This document shows positions 21,931 through 32,704 of a stretch of 64,000 nucleotides of DNA, piece by piece. The stretch covers positions 1 through 64,000 of the forward strand of contig CDMY01000458.1 in NCBI GenBank assembly GCA_001179505.1, given 5' to 3'. Source of the DNA: Vitrella brassicaformis CCMP3155 (Eukaryota > Protista > Chromerida). The notes under the pieces are model-generated. The model worked only from the letters and a program-made list of their open reading frames with translations, searched no databases and was not told the origin of the DNA. Position numbers and translations under genes: made by a program. The first letter of the stretch is position 1. Each line of letters opens with the position of its first letter.

Positions 21931-24458
21931 AGGCCACGCTGCGCCAATTCCGTCGCCTGGTCGACAAGGACAAGGTCAAGCAGGCCGTCCGGTTCCTGAC
22001 CGAGCGGGGAGGGGGAGGCGCGCTCGACCCCAACGACCTGGCTGAGGCCGACCCTGCGGGCCGCACCGTTCGGGAGGTCCTCGAGTCGAAGCACCCCACC
22101 CAGAGTGACCCTGACCCGTCCTGCTTCCTCGACCGGCCCCTCCCTCCCCTCACCCAGGTCGAGCTCACCGCCAACCACATCGAGCGGGCGGCACGGGCAA
22201 CGAAGGGAGGCGCGGGACCTGTTGGTGGCGAGTCGTCGGTGTGGAAGCAAGTCCTTCTCAAGGGCGGCGCGGCAAGTGCGGAGCTGCGCAGTGAGTTAGC
22301 GGCCATGGCCTCCCACATCGCCAACGAGGACGTGCCCTGGGAGCGGCTGCAGGCCCTGCGTGCATGTCGGCTTATCGGTCTGGACAAGCAACCGGGCGTG
22401 CGGCCCATCGGGATCGGGGAGGTCCTGATGCGCATCATGGGCAAGGCGATGGCCAAGGCAGTCGGGGTGGATGCGGAGATTGTGTGCGGTGCGGACCAGC
22501 TCTGTGCCGGGCTCAAGGGGGGCGTGGAGGGTGCCATTCATGCGGTATCCGGCGAGTTCGACTCGGGTGGCGTTGAGTGCGCGATCCTGGTGGATGCGAC
22601 GAACGCCTTCAACGAGATGAGTCGCTCTGCCGCCCTGTGGAATGTCCGCATTTTCTGGCCGCGGTGCTCACGCTTCCTGTTCAACACCTATCGCGGCCAT
22701 GCGGCCCTCTACATGCGCGACCAATCCGCGCCGCTGTGGAGCCGAGAAGGGACCGCACAAGGCGACCCCTTGGCCTCCCTCTTCTACTCTGTGGCCACCC
22801 TTCCGCTCGTGTGGGAGATGAAGCGGCCAGCAGAGGAGGGCCCTCAGGCATGGTTTGCCGACGACTCCGCCAAGCTGGGAGACCTCCAGCCGGTGCGCGA
22901 GTGGTGGGATGAGCTGCAGCGGAGAGGGCCACTGGGGGGCTACCAGCCCAACGGCAAAAAGACCAAGCTGGTGGTGCGGGCGGGTTGCGAGGAGCGGGTG
23001 CGGGAGGTGTTTGGCGATACCGACGTAGAGATTGTGAGTGGTGCTCGATATATGGGGGGATTTGTGGTGACCGCGGAGGGCAAGCGGGCCTACGCCGCCG
23101 AGAGGGTGCAGGAGTGGCAGCGGTGTGTGAACCGGATGGCGGACGCAGCGGCCAAGTACCCGCAGGCAGCCCACACGGCACTCACGACGTCTCTGCAGGT
23201 CGAGTGGGATTTCTTCATGCGGGTGATGCCTGAGGAGCGGGCGACATTCGAGCCGCTGCGACATGCCCTCACCCATTACCTCACCCAGCTCTCCAGCCAT
23301 GCGGTGACCGCCACTGAGGCCCAGCTGATGATGCTGCCTGCGCGTTTTGGGGGGATGGGGGTGAGGGACCCGACACCGCAGCGAGTTGCGGTGGCATACG
23401 AGACGTCCACCAAGGGCACCTCCCTGCTGGTGTCCACCATCCAGAACGGCGACCCACCCGACGGCCCTCCATCCAATCCCTTCCAGCACCGCGCCGAGAT
23501 GCAGCAAGCGGTCAAGGAGGGGCGGCGGGCGACCGATGAGGCAGCCAAGGAGCGCTTCGAGGACGGCCTCCAGCAGCTGCCCCCAGAGAGACGACGGGCG
23601 GTCCACCGGGCGATCGAGGCCAAGACGGCCGGGTGGGTGACTTGCCGCCCTGACGCAGAGGACCACACCGACCTGACGCCTGACGAGTTCCGCGACAACA
23701 TGGCCATCCGATACGCCTACGAACCTCTCAAGATGCCCACCCACTGCGACGGCTGCGGGGCTGCATACTCGCTCGACCACGCTCTCAACTGTGGGGTGGG
23801 TGGGTTGGTGATTCGGCGGCACAACGAGGTGGTGGACGTGCTGTGCGACCTTTCTGCCAAGGCTTGGGGCGAGTCGGCGGTCAGGAAGGAGGTGGTGATC
23901 GTGGAGCCCGAGGAGGAGGGGGAGAAGGGGGTGCAGACGGACATGGTGGTGAGAGGGGTGTGGGAGAGGCAGAAGGACGTGTCGTTCGACGTATGTGTGA
24001 CGAACGCTGACGCACCGTCCTACCGCAAGCAATCCACCGCCTCCATCCTCAAGAGCAAGGCCAAGACCAAGAAGGCCCACCATAGCCGTGTGTGCGAGGA
24101 CAAGTCCATCCATTTCACCCCCTTGTGCGTCACGGTGGATGCTGTGTGGGGCAGAGAGGCCAACGGTTTTTTCAGCCGCCTGGTTGAGAAGCTGCGCACC
24201 AAGGCTGCGTGGGCAGAGAAGTCGTATGGCCAGGTGATGGGGTGGGTTCGTGCTCGTCTGTCTGTTGCGTTGGCGCGTAGTGCGAGTATGTGTGTGCGTG
24301 GTGGGCGGCGCCGCTGGAAGATACGCTAGGCGGGCGCTGAGGATGGTGCTGGCATGTTTGTCGCATGATTGAGGGTTGGTCGACGTTGACGCAGTTCGTT
24401 TCATGAGAGAACGACAGACTTTGCCTGTTGTTGCGCTATGAGTTAACGTATGTCACGC
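21931..24458 (+). mobile_element. 5'-truncated CRE-clade-like non-LTR retrotransposon (RT + CCHC + restriction-like endonuclease)
   Basis: Bounded by a 16-bp direct repeat; intronless, microsatellite-free, uninterrupted ORF. Confidence 0.88.
21933..24329 (+). CDS. Reverse transcriptase-RLE ORF (no ATG at the truncated 5' end)
   Basis: Frame open from 21906. Motifs: VLESKHP, LDKQPGVRPIGIGEVLMR, DATNAFN, GTAQGDPLA, WFADD, CDGCG..DHALNC (CCHC), RRHNEV, QTDMVVRG..FDVCVT..KTKK (PD-(D/E)xK-like). Confidence 0.9.
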   Translation, partial: ATLRQFRRLVDKDKVKQAVRFLTERGGGGALDPNDLAEADPAGRTVREVLESKHPTQSDPDPSCFLDRPLPPLTQVELTANHIERAARATKGGAGPVGGESSVWKQVLLKGGAASAELRSELAAMASHIANEDVPWERLQALRACRLIGLDKQPGVRPIGIGEVLMRIMGKAMAKAVGVDAEIVCGADQLCAGLKGGVEGAIHAVSGEFDSGGVECAILVDATNAFNEMSRSAALWNVRIFWPRCSRFLFNTYRGHAALYMRDQSAPLWSREGTAQGDPLASLFYSVATLPLVWEMKRPAEEGPQAWFADDSAKLGDLQPVREWWDELQRRGPLGGYQPNGKKTKLVVRAGCEERVREVFGDTDVEIVSGARYMGGFVVTAEGKRAYAAERVQEWQRCVNRMADAAAKYPQAAHTALTTSLQVEWDFFMRVMPEERATFEPLRHALTHYLTQLSSHAVTATEAQLMMLPARFGGMGVRDPTPQRVAVAYETSTKGTSLLVSTIQNGDPPDGPPSNPFQHRAEMQQAVKEGRRATDEAAKERFEDGLQQLPPERRRAVHRAIEAKTAGWVTCRPDAEDHTDLTPDEFRDNMAIRYAYEPLKMPTHCDGCGAAYSLDHALNCGVGGLVIRRHNEVVDVLCDLSAKAWGESAVRKEVVIVEPEEEGEKGVQTDMVVRGVWERQKDVSFDVCVTNADAPSYRKQSTASILKSKAKTKKAHHSRVCEDKSIHFTPLCVTVDAVWGREANGFFSRLVEKLRTKAAWAEKSYGQVMGWVRARLSVALARSASMCVRGGRRRWKIR

Positions 24459-24474
24459 ATATGTGCTGGTTGTG
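24459..24474 (+). repeat. Target-site duplication (right)
   Basis: ATATGTGCTGGTTGTG. Confidence 0.85.
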
Positions 24475-24603
24475 CGTGTTAATTGTCTTGACGCACTTAT
24501 GCCACTGAGTGCGTTCGTGGAGATGCGACGAGTGTTTCATTCTCTGTCTTCGGCGCCGAGGAAAAAATAGTGGGACAAAGCACTGCAGTTTTTCCCTTCA
24601 GTG

Positions 24604-27600
24604 ATGTTGCTGCTTCTGGTCTTCGCCTTTGCTTCCCTGCCGGCCGCTGTTTTCGGCGCCTCGGAAGCCAACGCCTCGCCCAGTCTCCTCTCACAGCTTG
24701 AGAGCGATAGCAGGCACCAGCAGCTGAGCGCTCTGCGGGCAATGTCCGCGGTCATCGCCAAGAATGCACAGCCAGCTGACGCTGCTGCTGTCATTGCGGA
24801 GCAGTTCGGTGCAGCTGTCTTCGCCCTGCTGAGAGGGTCTGCAGAGCCGGCTGTGGAGCAGGAGGCATCAAAGCTGCTGGTCGAGATGGCAAGCACAGGC
24901 GCCAAGGCAGTGGAGGCCCTCATACGGTGAGCAATAAACGGGCGCGATTGGAGATCTCTCTCTCGCTCTCGGTGTGTGTCTATGTCAGGGTGGGTGCCAT
25001 ATCTTCCCTGACAGAGGCCCTTAAGCGTGCTGTGCAGCTTCCATGGGGCTTCCCTAGCACGGCCATCATCATGCCCTTGCGCCGGGTGGTGCTCGTGGCG
25101 GATGATGAGGGGTTGCCGTGGGCGGGTGAGCTGTTCGAGGCCGACGGGCTGCCTCCGCTCGTGCAGCTGCTGGACCACCATCACGACGAGGTCAAGAGAG
25201 CCGCAACCAACGTCATCAGGAAGTTTCCTACGGTGAGCGAGAAGGACGGCTGGTCTACCGAGCTGAGCTTGCTGTCTGTCTCTTTTGTGTATGTCCAGCT
25301 CCGAGCGAGCCCTCTGTTACCTGGCAGTCCGGCTACATCTTGTTCCAGAGTGGGGTGCTGACCAAGCTCTCACCGCTGCTGCTGTCGGCCGACGACGAAA
25401 TGCGCCAGGATGCCGCCGACATCATAGGGATGACATTGGTCGCCCTAACTTTTACCGCTCGTAAGCTGATCGACGCCACACACACACACACACACACACG
25501 CACCCAGCCACCACCTTTGTGTGTGATCAGAGAAAGTGCCCGAGTCGCAGCCAGACATTCTCGAGAACATAATCAACGCCGACGTGCTGCCCAATGCCCT
25601 CACTGCATCGACGGAGTGGGGGGATACGGCCGCCCGGACAGCTTTCATGGCGACGCACTTGAATGGATGCACGCTGCTGATGCGCAAGGGCAACGAAGCA
25701 GAGGTAGGCATCACCACCACCACCAGTAGCAGCACCTGGCACCTCATCGCGTATTGGTATGGTGTGTGCGCCGCGTGCAGCAAAGCTACGCAGTTGACCA
25801 CGCCTGCATCGACTCGTTCTGCAACTCGCTCGAGCACCGTGTTGAGCAGCGACCTAATTGGGGGCGCTTGGAGAATGAATTCCTCCACAAGCTGCTGATG
25901 GATTCTTTCGCCGCTATCCTCAGATTCGACGGTGTGATACACGATGCGGCACAGCCGTGCCTTAGATGCTGTCTTGCTGTTTGGCGGTGTTGTGTTGTCA
26001 ATCGATTGTTCAGTGGCAGCTTAAGACAGCGAGCCAAAGCCGCCATTCTTTCAAAGGTCTCACTGCACCGACCACACACGCGCACGCGGCTGTGGGTACG
26101 TCCGTCAAGGTGGGCTGCTGTGGTGGCTGTGTGTCTGCAGACTGGCTGCCAAGAAGGGATCGAGGCCTTCCTTGAGCACCCCACTGACGTCATCAGGACG
26201 AGCGCCGAGGAGGCCGTGGAGAGCATCAAATCAGCAGATGGTGACGAGCCCGACGATTCGGACCCGTTGGCTGAATACTACAGCTCCATCGATGAAGCTG
26301 AAGATGACGCAGCGCGCGTCAAGGCGGCGAATTCCTTCCTGCAGAAGGAACTGGAGGGCGGCGACCCGGACAGGCAGCTGCTCGTTCTGCAGGCCGCGGA
26401 CATGAGCGTCAGCGACAGCGCAGACCCAGACCCAGATTGGACCGCCTCATCCATTGCTAATCGTTTCGGGGCCGCTATTACTCCCCTGCTGAAAGCGACG
26501 GTTGAGCCTATGGTGCAGGTGGAAACACTACAGCTCTTGATCAAGTTTACGAAAGCGGGCGTCAAGACAGTCGAGGCGCTCATAGGGTGAGTGCCGACAT
26601 ACACAATCATTCACGCAGCTGGCTGGGGGCATTGTCTCTTCCTGTGTGCATATGACAGGGTCGGGGCCATCCCCTCCCTCGTGGCGATCGTCAAGGAATC
26701 TCTGGAGCTGCCCGACGACAACAACCGGACGGCAGCTCTCCCCATCCCCCTGTTCCACACCATGTTTGTGGCGGCAGAGGCCAAACTGCCGTGGGCAGAT
26801 GAGCTCATCGGGGCGGGCGGGGTGCCTCTGCTGGTGCAGCTGCTTGAGCATGACCACGTCAACATCACCAGGTTGGCGGTGAAGACGCTCGAAAATGTCG
26901 CAGTGGGTGAGGAGCAGCACAACGGGTCATAATGTGTCGCTCATTGTCTGTCTGTCTGGGGGCTGTTTTGTTGTTGTTGCGTGCAGCCTCACTGCTCGAC
27001 AAGTCCTGCCGGTCGTGTCAGGCAGATGCGCCCGCTCTGTTCTCTGAGAGGCAGATGATCATGAAGCTGTCGTCGCTGCTGCTATCGTCTGATTCCCACC
27101 TGCCCATTCACGCCGCCAACATCATGCTCGTGATCCTGAAAACAATGAACTTTATCCCCAATGGTAAGCTTACCACAGCAGCACAGCCCAAGGCAAGCCA
27201 CGCACCCATGTGGTTGTGGTGCGTGTGTGTGCTCAGGTGAGTGGCCAGAGGCGCAGTCTGCCCTTCTTGGCAGTCTGGTCGATGCTGACACCTTGGTCAT
27301 CGCTGAAGAAGCTTTCCGTTCTAAGACGGGTCTGAGAGCTACGCGACGGTCTTGGCGCTGACGTGCGCCCTGCTGCTGCGGAAGGGAAACGACACACATG
27401 TAGACGCGTACCACTTAGAGACGCACCGACTAGAGACGCCTTGACTGCTCTCTATGGCCTGGCTTGTGTGGGATTCTCTGCGGTACAGCGGATGGCTGCA
27501 ATCGACGACGGGTGTCTTGACATAGCGTGCATCGGCCTGGGGGCCGACCATCTCGAGTTTCTGATGCTGGAATCCTTCAACATCATCCTCAAGTAGGCGT

Positions 27601-27958
27601 GCGCGTGTGCAAGAGGCAGATGCATCACTGATGAGCGCCTTATCGTTTGTGCCGCTCTCCCCATCAGCGACACGAGTGTCACATTGAGCCAGCGAGCCAA
27701 GGATGACATCACTTGCAGGGTGGGTGGCTAGGTACGGGCGAATACATATGTCACTGTGTGTGTCCTCCTGTCCTTTGTCGATAGGGCGGCTGCGTCAAGG
27801 CCATCCAGCGCTTCACCAAGCACCCTGACCAGGCCGTCAGCACTGAAGCCACGCAGGCAGTGAAGGCCCTCCAACTGCACGTGAGTCAGTCAAGTCTGCA
27901 ACAACCACTGTCCCATGGATGTACGGCTAGCTTCCCCTGCGCATCAGGCTACTGCTAA
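24604..27958 (+). CDS. Armadillo-repeat protein (importin-alpha-like repeats) with a signal-peptide-like N-terminus and two internally duplicated modules
   Basis: About 11 exons; repeated GLPPLVQLLDH / GGVPLLVQLLEH, VGAISSL / VGAIPSL, GVLTKLSPLLLS, GGCVKAIQRFTKH; N-terminus MLLLLVFAFASLPAAVFG. The 3' end is approximate. Confidence 0.7.
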
Positions 27959-29162
27959 AATGCATCGAGTTGAAGCGGTCACCAGCTGAGGGTATCGTAT
28001 CCACAGGCGGATCAGAGGGATGCTTGTCTTGTGCGGCCACGAACGATGTTGACAGACAGCTGGAAGGAGAAACCGTTTAGTTAGTGCGGTCCTTCCTTGG
28101 TGTGTGTGGGAGAGGAGGGAAAGGTGCGAGTGAGTGCATGGCGCCGGCATTTTGTACGTATGTCCATTGCATTTGCCATCGACCGACGCGTGTGTGAGAT
28201 GTGAGACGCTGTAAGTGGCCTATGGTTCGATGTTTTTTGTGTGTGGCACTCACTCTTACTACTTACGAGAGTCAGGCCAGGCAGGTGTGTGCGCTGCGAT
28301 TTGTGTGTTGCATGGCATGCAGTTAGGCTCTTCGTCAGGTTGTTATGGCTGTTAGCTTTCGAGTAAGGTCTCACTTATTATGTGCATGTGTCTCCCCTAG
28401 CTGCCTATGCCTGTCTGTCTGTCTGTCTGCTGGGGGCGCCATGCCATGAGGATGTTTATCTGGCTGGCCACTTGACAGGTCCTGTGTCTGCGCCACAGGC
28501 TGTGGCCGCTGTGCCATGCACCAATTAGTGCTGCGTTGGTCCTTCATAAGTGTATGTAATAGTGACCCCCAGCCCTGTCTGGCCATGGGTCAGGTCAGAG
28601 GAAGGGAGAGACGAGAGGGGAGGGGTCTATATGTCAAGGTGAGATGCCATCCATGCATTTGGACTGTCCATGGACAGACGAGTCTGGTGCGCATGAAAGA
28701 CATCACACGCTCAAGGTCGTCTCGCACAACCCTGTCCGTCTCACGATATGTCGCCTCTCTTTTGGGGTCCCGTCCACCACACAAACATGCAGTGAGTGAG
28801 ATAGTCAGGGGCAGCCAGCCGCCCGCACAAGGCACAAACATCAGGCACAGTCGCGTCTCCACGTCGGTCAAAGCGCCATTGTATGCCGCACAACGGCCCA
28901 CAAGCACATGCGTCTCGGGCAGGCAGGCAGGCAGGCAGAAAGGCGCCTTTCCAACCAGCGAAGTGCGTCCCGTGAGAAGTACGAGAGAAGCAATGGAGAA
29001 AGACATGAAAGTCTCTCTCTCCCTCCCTCCCTCCCTCCCTCCATCCCTCCCCCAGATGCCCGTGCTCACATCCTCCAACACGTCACTGGTCCTCTCGCGA
29101 TGTCTCATTCGGTCGTCCCGTCCCCCACATACTTTGTCCTTCCCTGCCTCCCAAAATAATGT

Positions 29163-29894
29163 TTATCTGAAGCGGAATGGTGTGGGCCTTGCCTTCTCTC
29201 GGGCCGTGATGGCCTCACGCTGCACCTCAACGGCCTTCATCCGCTTCTCCATCGCTCTGGTGCCCTTCAGCGCCACTGACACCCTCCTCGCCCTCCTCCT
29301 GCGGGGGTTTTCGGCAGCGACTGCCCTCTCCTTTGCCCTCTTCGTGACACCGAGGGCCTCATCAGGAACTGGATGTCCTCGAGTGGCTATGACTCGTGCA
29401 GCATGGGCCTTGGTGCACTTCATTGCCACCGCCGGAGCCTTTATCTTCCTGCTGGTCGGCTTATTGGACACGACTGTCCTCTCCAGGCCTTGAGTTGCGA
29501 CAGGAACTGGATGTCCTCGAGTCGCTATGACCCGGGCCTCATGGGCCTTGGTGCCTTTCAGCGCCACCGACACCATCGACGTCACTTTCTCCTCCTTGCT
29601 GGTGGCCTTGTGAGCAGCGGCTGCCTGCCTCTGGGCCATCCTGGCTTCTCTCCAGGAAGCCCGCAGCCGACCGATAACGGCGCTGATGCCGTCATCCTCC
29701 GACTCGCCGTCGTCTTCGTATATAAACCGATACACACTGGAGTCCCCGTCAGACAGCGACTCACACGACCAGAACGATTCTGAAAGAGCACAATTCATGC
29801 GTCTGAGTCGTGTTCTGAGTCTGAGACATGGACATGATCTTTTCTCTGTGCGCACCGTCGGAGGCATCGGATCCCGAGTCGTCGAATACATCAC
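29163..29894 (-). CDS. Basic Arg/Lys/Ala-rich hypothetical exon with 46-aa internal repeats; paralogous to 61519-61867
   Basis: 243-aa ORF with VA(L/M)K(G/C)TKAH(E/A)ARVIATRGHPVP repeated; a possible further exon lies at 28600-28950. Confidence 0.45.
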   Translation of the reverse strand: MMYSTTRDPMPPTVRTEKRSCPCLRLRTRLRRMNCALSESFWSCESLSDGDSSVYRFIYEDDGESEDDGISAVIGRLRASWREARMAQRQAAAAHKATSKEEKVTSMVSVALKGTKAHEARVIATRGHPVPVATQGLERTVVSNKPTSRKIKAPAVAMKCTKAHAARVIATRGHPVPDEALGVTKRAKERAVAAENPRRRRARRVSVALKGTRAMEKRMKAVEVQREAITAREKARPTPFRFR

Positions 29895-30340
29895 GCTGGC
29901 CAGCCTTCACGCGGCGGCGACCTGAGTGCTTGGTAGCAGGCATTATCTTTTTGCAGTGCTATTTCTGAGACGGGGGGTGCCGATGGGGGCCGTGCATGCA
30001 AGCTAGCTGGCGCATGTGTTGATTGAATCCATCTATACCATTGAAGTTTCCCTACACACCAGGCACACGCAGTGGCGCTGATACGTTACTGATCGCCGTG
30101 GCGACTTCCTGGCCTGGTGAGAAATATCCCGGCCGTCACTCAGCTTCTCCATCTCTCATCCGCCTCTAGATCTCCTCTGAGTCGGGTTCACCCCAGCACA
30201 ATGTCCATCCTGCCGCTCGACAAGTCGTCCTCTTTCCTGCTCATCGTCTGCATCAGCGGTGTGCCGGGAGGGAGAAAGCGAGACAGACAGACAGAGATCG
30301 ACGGAGCTCAGACGACGCTTCTGAGGAAGATCCTGTATAC

Positions 30341-30828
30341 ATGTACATCCTTCTCCGTGTACTTGGTGCAGCTGCCATTCTTGGCCTGATCCATCGTATC
30401 GACACCAGCCAGCAAATTGAGCCCCACTCCGACCAACCGCACGAAGGTGCCGATCAGGGGCCGTCATCATGCATGAATGACGAAGCACGGCTGGCGAAAG
30501 CACTGGACAAGGCAGTGGAGGGCTACTTCCTGCGCAATTCCCACGGATTCAGGTCGGGCCAGCCCGGCAACAAGCTCACGCTTCCCTCCCTTATGCTCTC
30601 ATGATGGCACTGGAGGACCAATCGAAGGCCCTTGCGGACTCTCCGAGTGGTGCGGCCTTTGGGCCAGTTCATGGGGTGGTCAGTGGGCTTAGCAGACTGC
30701 TTGAGGGTGAGAATGCTCGTGTGTTTGGTCTGTTGAGGGAGAAATATAGCACGTACAAGCAGGCCTTCGACAAAAGCAAGGGGGAGAGAGACGAGGGTCT
30801 GTCAGCTGTTTTCGAAGCCTACCCTTGA
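30341..30828 (+). CDS. Small putative secreted hypothetical protein
   Basis: Signal-like MYILLRVLGAAAILGLI; two GC3-rich coding blocks (30341-~30555 and ~30600-30828). Confidence 0.4.
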
Positions 30829-30942
30829 CATGCATCTGTTTCTCAACGGCCAAACTGTGTGTACTTTGCTGAATAAACAAAAAGGTCTGTACAGACACCC
30901 ATTTCCATCGTCTCATGAACCCTGCCCCCGCCCTGCATCCAG

Positions 30943-32473
30943 CTACTCCTGCTCTCCCACTCTCTCCCCCTCCCGCATCTCCTCTGCCTCTACTATCTCC
31001 TCCTTGGCCCTCTGACGCTCGTCCATCGCCAGCTGGAAGGCCAGCTCTTCCTCATCCGTCAGATCGCCCAGCGAAGTGAAGGTGTGGGTGCGGCGGCTGT
31101 TGTGGGAGCCGTGGAGGAGGCCGCGATGAAATCGGTCGCTCAAGGCCTTCTCCTCCATGGCATACCTGCAGGGGGAGAAATATGGATGGATTGCCATGAT
31201 CGGTCGTGATTGGTAGTGTCTCGTGTGCGTTTGGTCTCGTGTGTGAGTACCAGCATCCCATGACCCAGAGAAATGTCAGGAAGCTCATGCAGAGGAACCA
31301 ATACAGCACCCTGCAGTCCACACACGCACACACAGGCAGGTATACATTGACAGGCAGAGACTTGAAAGGCTGCTGTCCTTCTCACCTGAGGTGCAGAGGC
31401 AGGTTTTGGTTCTGCGGGTTGTGGCTGCAATCTATCCACGGCGCGTTGGGCGCCTCGATGCTCTCGTCGAGAGTGACACCAACGTGCACCAACGCCATGT
31501 GCATCAGGGCTGCAGCACACACACACACACACACAGAGAGAGAGAGAATGGTTCTTTGGGTGTTCGCTGACCCGCCCGATCACTTACTTTGAATCTCGGC
31601 GGGCAGCCCAGCCCTCACGGTCAATAGAGGCGACCTCCGACGGATGGGCTCTGCGTGGTACGGCCCATCCATCGCACTGCCGCGGATCACATAGCCACAG
31701 AGCTTGCTGCCCTGGCTAACGCGGCACTTAGCCCTCCTCAGGGCACTCTGAGCATCGCCCGCCTTGTCTGCAAGAAGAATGCCCCACGCACGGATGGGCT
31801 GTGGAGGGAGGGCGGAGGAGTTGAGCGGGGCGGCCAGGTAGTTAAAGTGATACGTCCGGTCGTTGGGCGGGCAGTCGACGCCTGTGTCAAGGAGAAGCAC
31901 ATGTTATGTGCTTCCTGTCCATCGCAAAAAGCCAGTTTTCCTACCTTTCTCGCATGGCACGCTTAGCCACACGGCGAGGGACAGATCCACACCGGCATCC
32001 TCAAATATGATGGCATTCTGCTTCATAGCGGCAAGGTCCGACTCGGCGAGCGGCGTGAAAGTGCCGTCCGAGAAGGAAGGCCACCCCTTCAGGACATAGA
32101 ACGCCCCAAAGCCGCCCAGACTCCCCAGCACCAGCTGGCACACCAGAAGGCCCACCGCAACCGAGATCAGCCAGCCGCTCCGCAGCCATCGCAGGAAAGA
32201 TCCAGCCAGGAGGGCAGCGGGCAGAGCCACCAGGAACGACTGAGCGAGGTGGGGAGCGTCCGCCCATGTGTGCGGGCCCGTCAGGACGATAACAGCGATG
32301 ATGGCAACGGCGAGAAGAGGCCCGGATAGCGCCACAATGGGCAGCGCAACGTTGGGCGATGGCGTCTTTGGGCTGTACGTGAAGAACAGCTCATCGTCCG
32401 CTAACTCGTCATCCTTGATGAGGCATGGCGACTCAGGGGTGGCGCGAGAGAGCTCCTTCATCTTGGACGGCAT
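30943..32473 (-). CDS. Multi-pass membrane hypothetical protein with a C-terminal UIM-like motif
   Basis: Exon 1 (32473-~31965) has three to four hydrophobic segments; later exon VLYWFLCMSFLTFLWVMG; last exon has DLTDEEELAFQLAMDE. Confidence 0.55.
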
Positions 32474-32519
32474 TTGGAGAGGCCGGTCCCTTCGGCCCAC
32501 TGGAAATTCACTTGTCATC

Positions 32520-32527
32520 TGCGAGCT
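32520..32527 (+). promoter_or_regulatory. TGCGAGCT motif in a bidirectional promoter
   Basis: CATCTGCGAGCTAAG between divergent starts 32473 and 32705. Confidence 0.4.
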
Positions 32528-32704
32528 AAGATTGCATCACAAATCGCACGCCAAATGGCATCCCAGTCCTCCAAGAGGCCTTTCACACCCGCACCATCCG
32601 TCACTTCAGCTAAAAGACCCGAGTCAGCTCTTCTCAAACCGGTGAAGGCGCCCATCGCCCAGCAATGCCCCTTCGAATTGGTCAGCATCGGCGTCTCGCC
32701 CAAC

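Noticed and set aside
22668-24404. 578-aa minus-strand ORF, and similar long antisense ORFs (2709-3764, 3595-4545, 34138-34797, 39542-40204, 50623-51249)
   Set aside because: Antisense shadows of GC3-rich real coding sequence; no motifs of their own.
29990-30005. TGCATGCA ApiAP2-type motif (also near 615 and 63972)
   Set aside because: Too few occurrences, and similar strings are frequent in the TG/CA-rich background.
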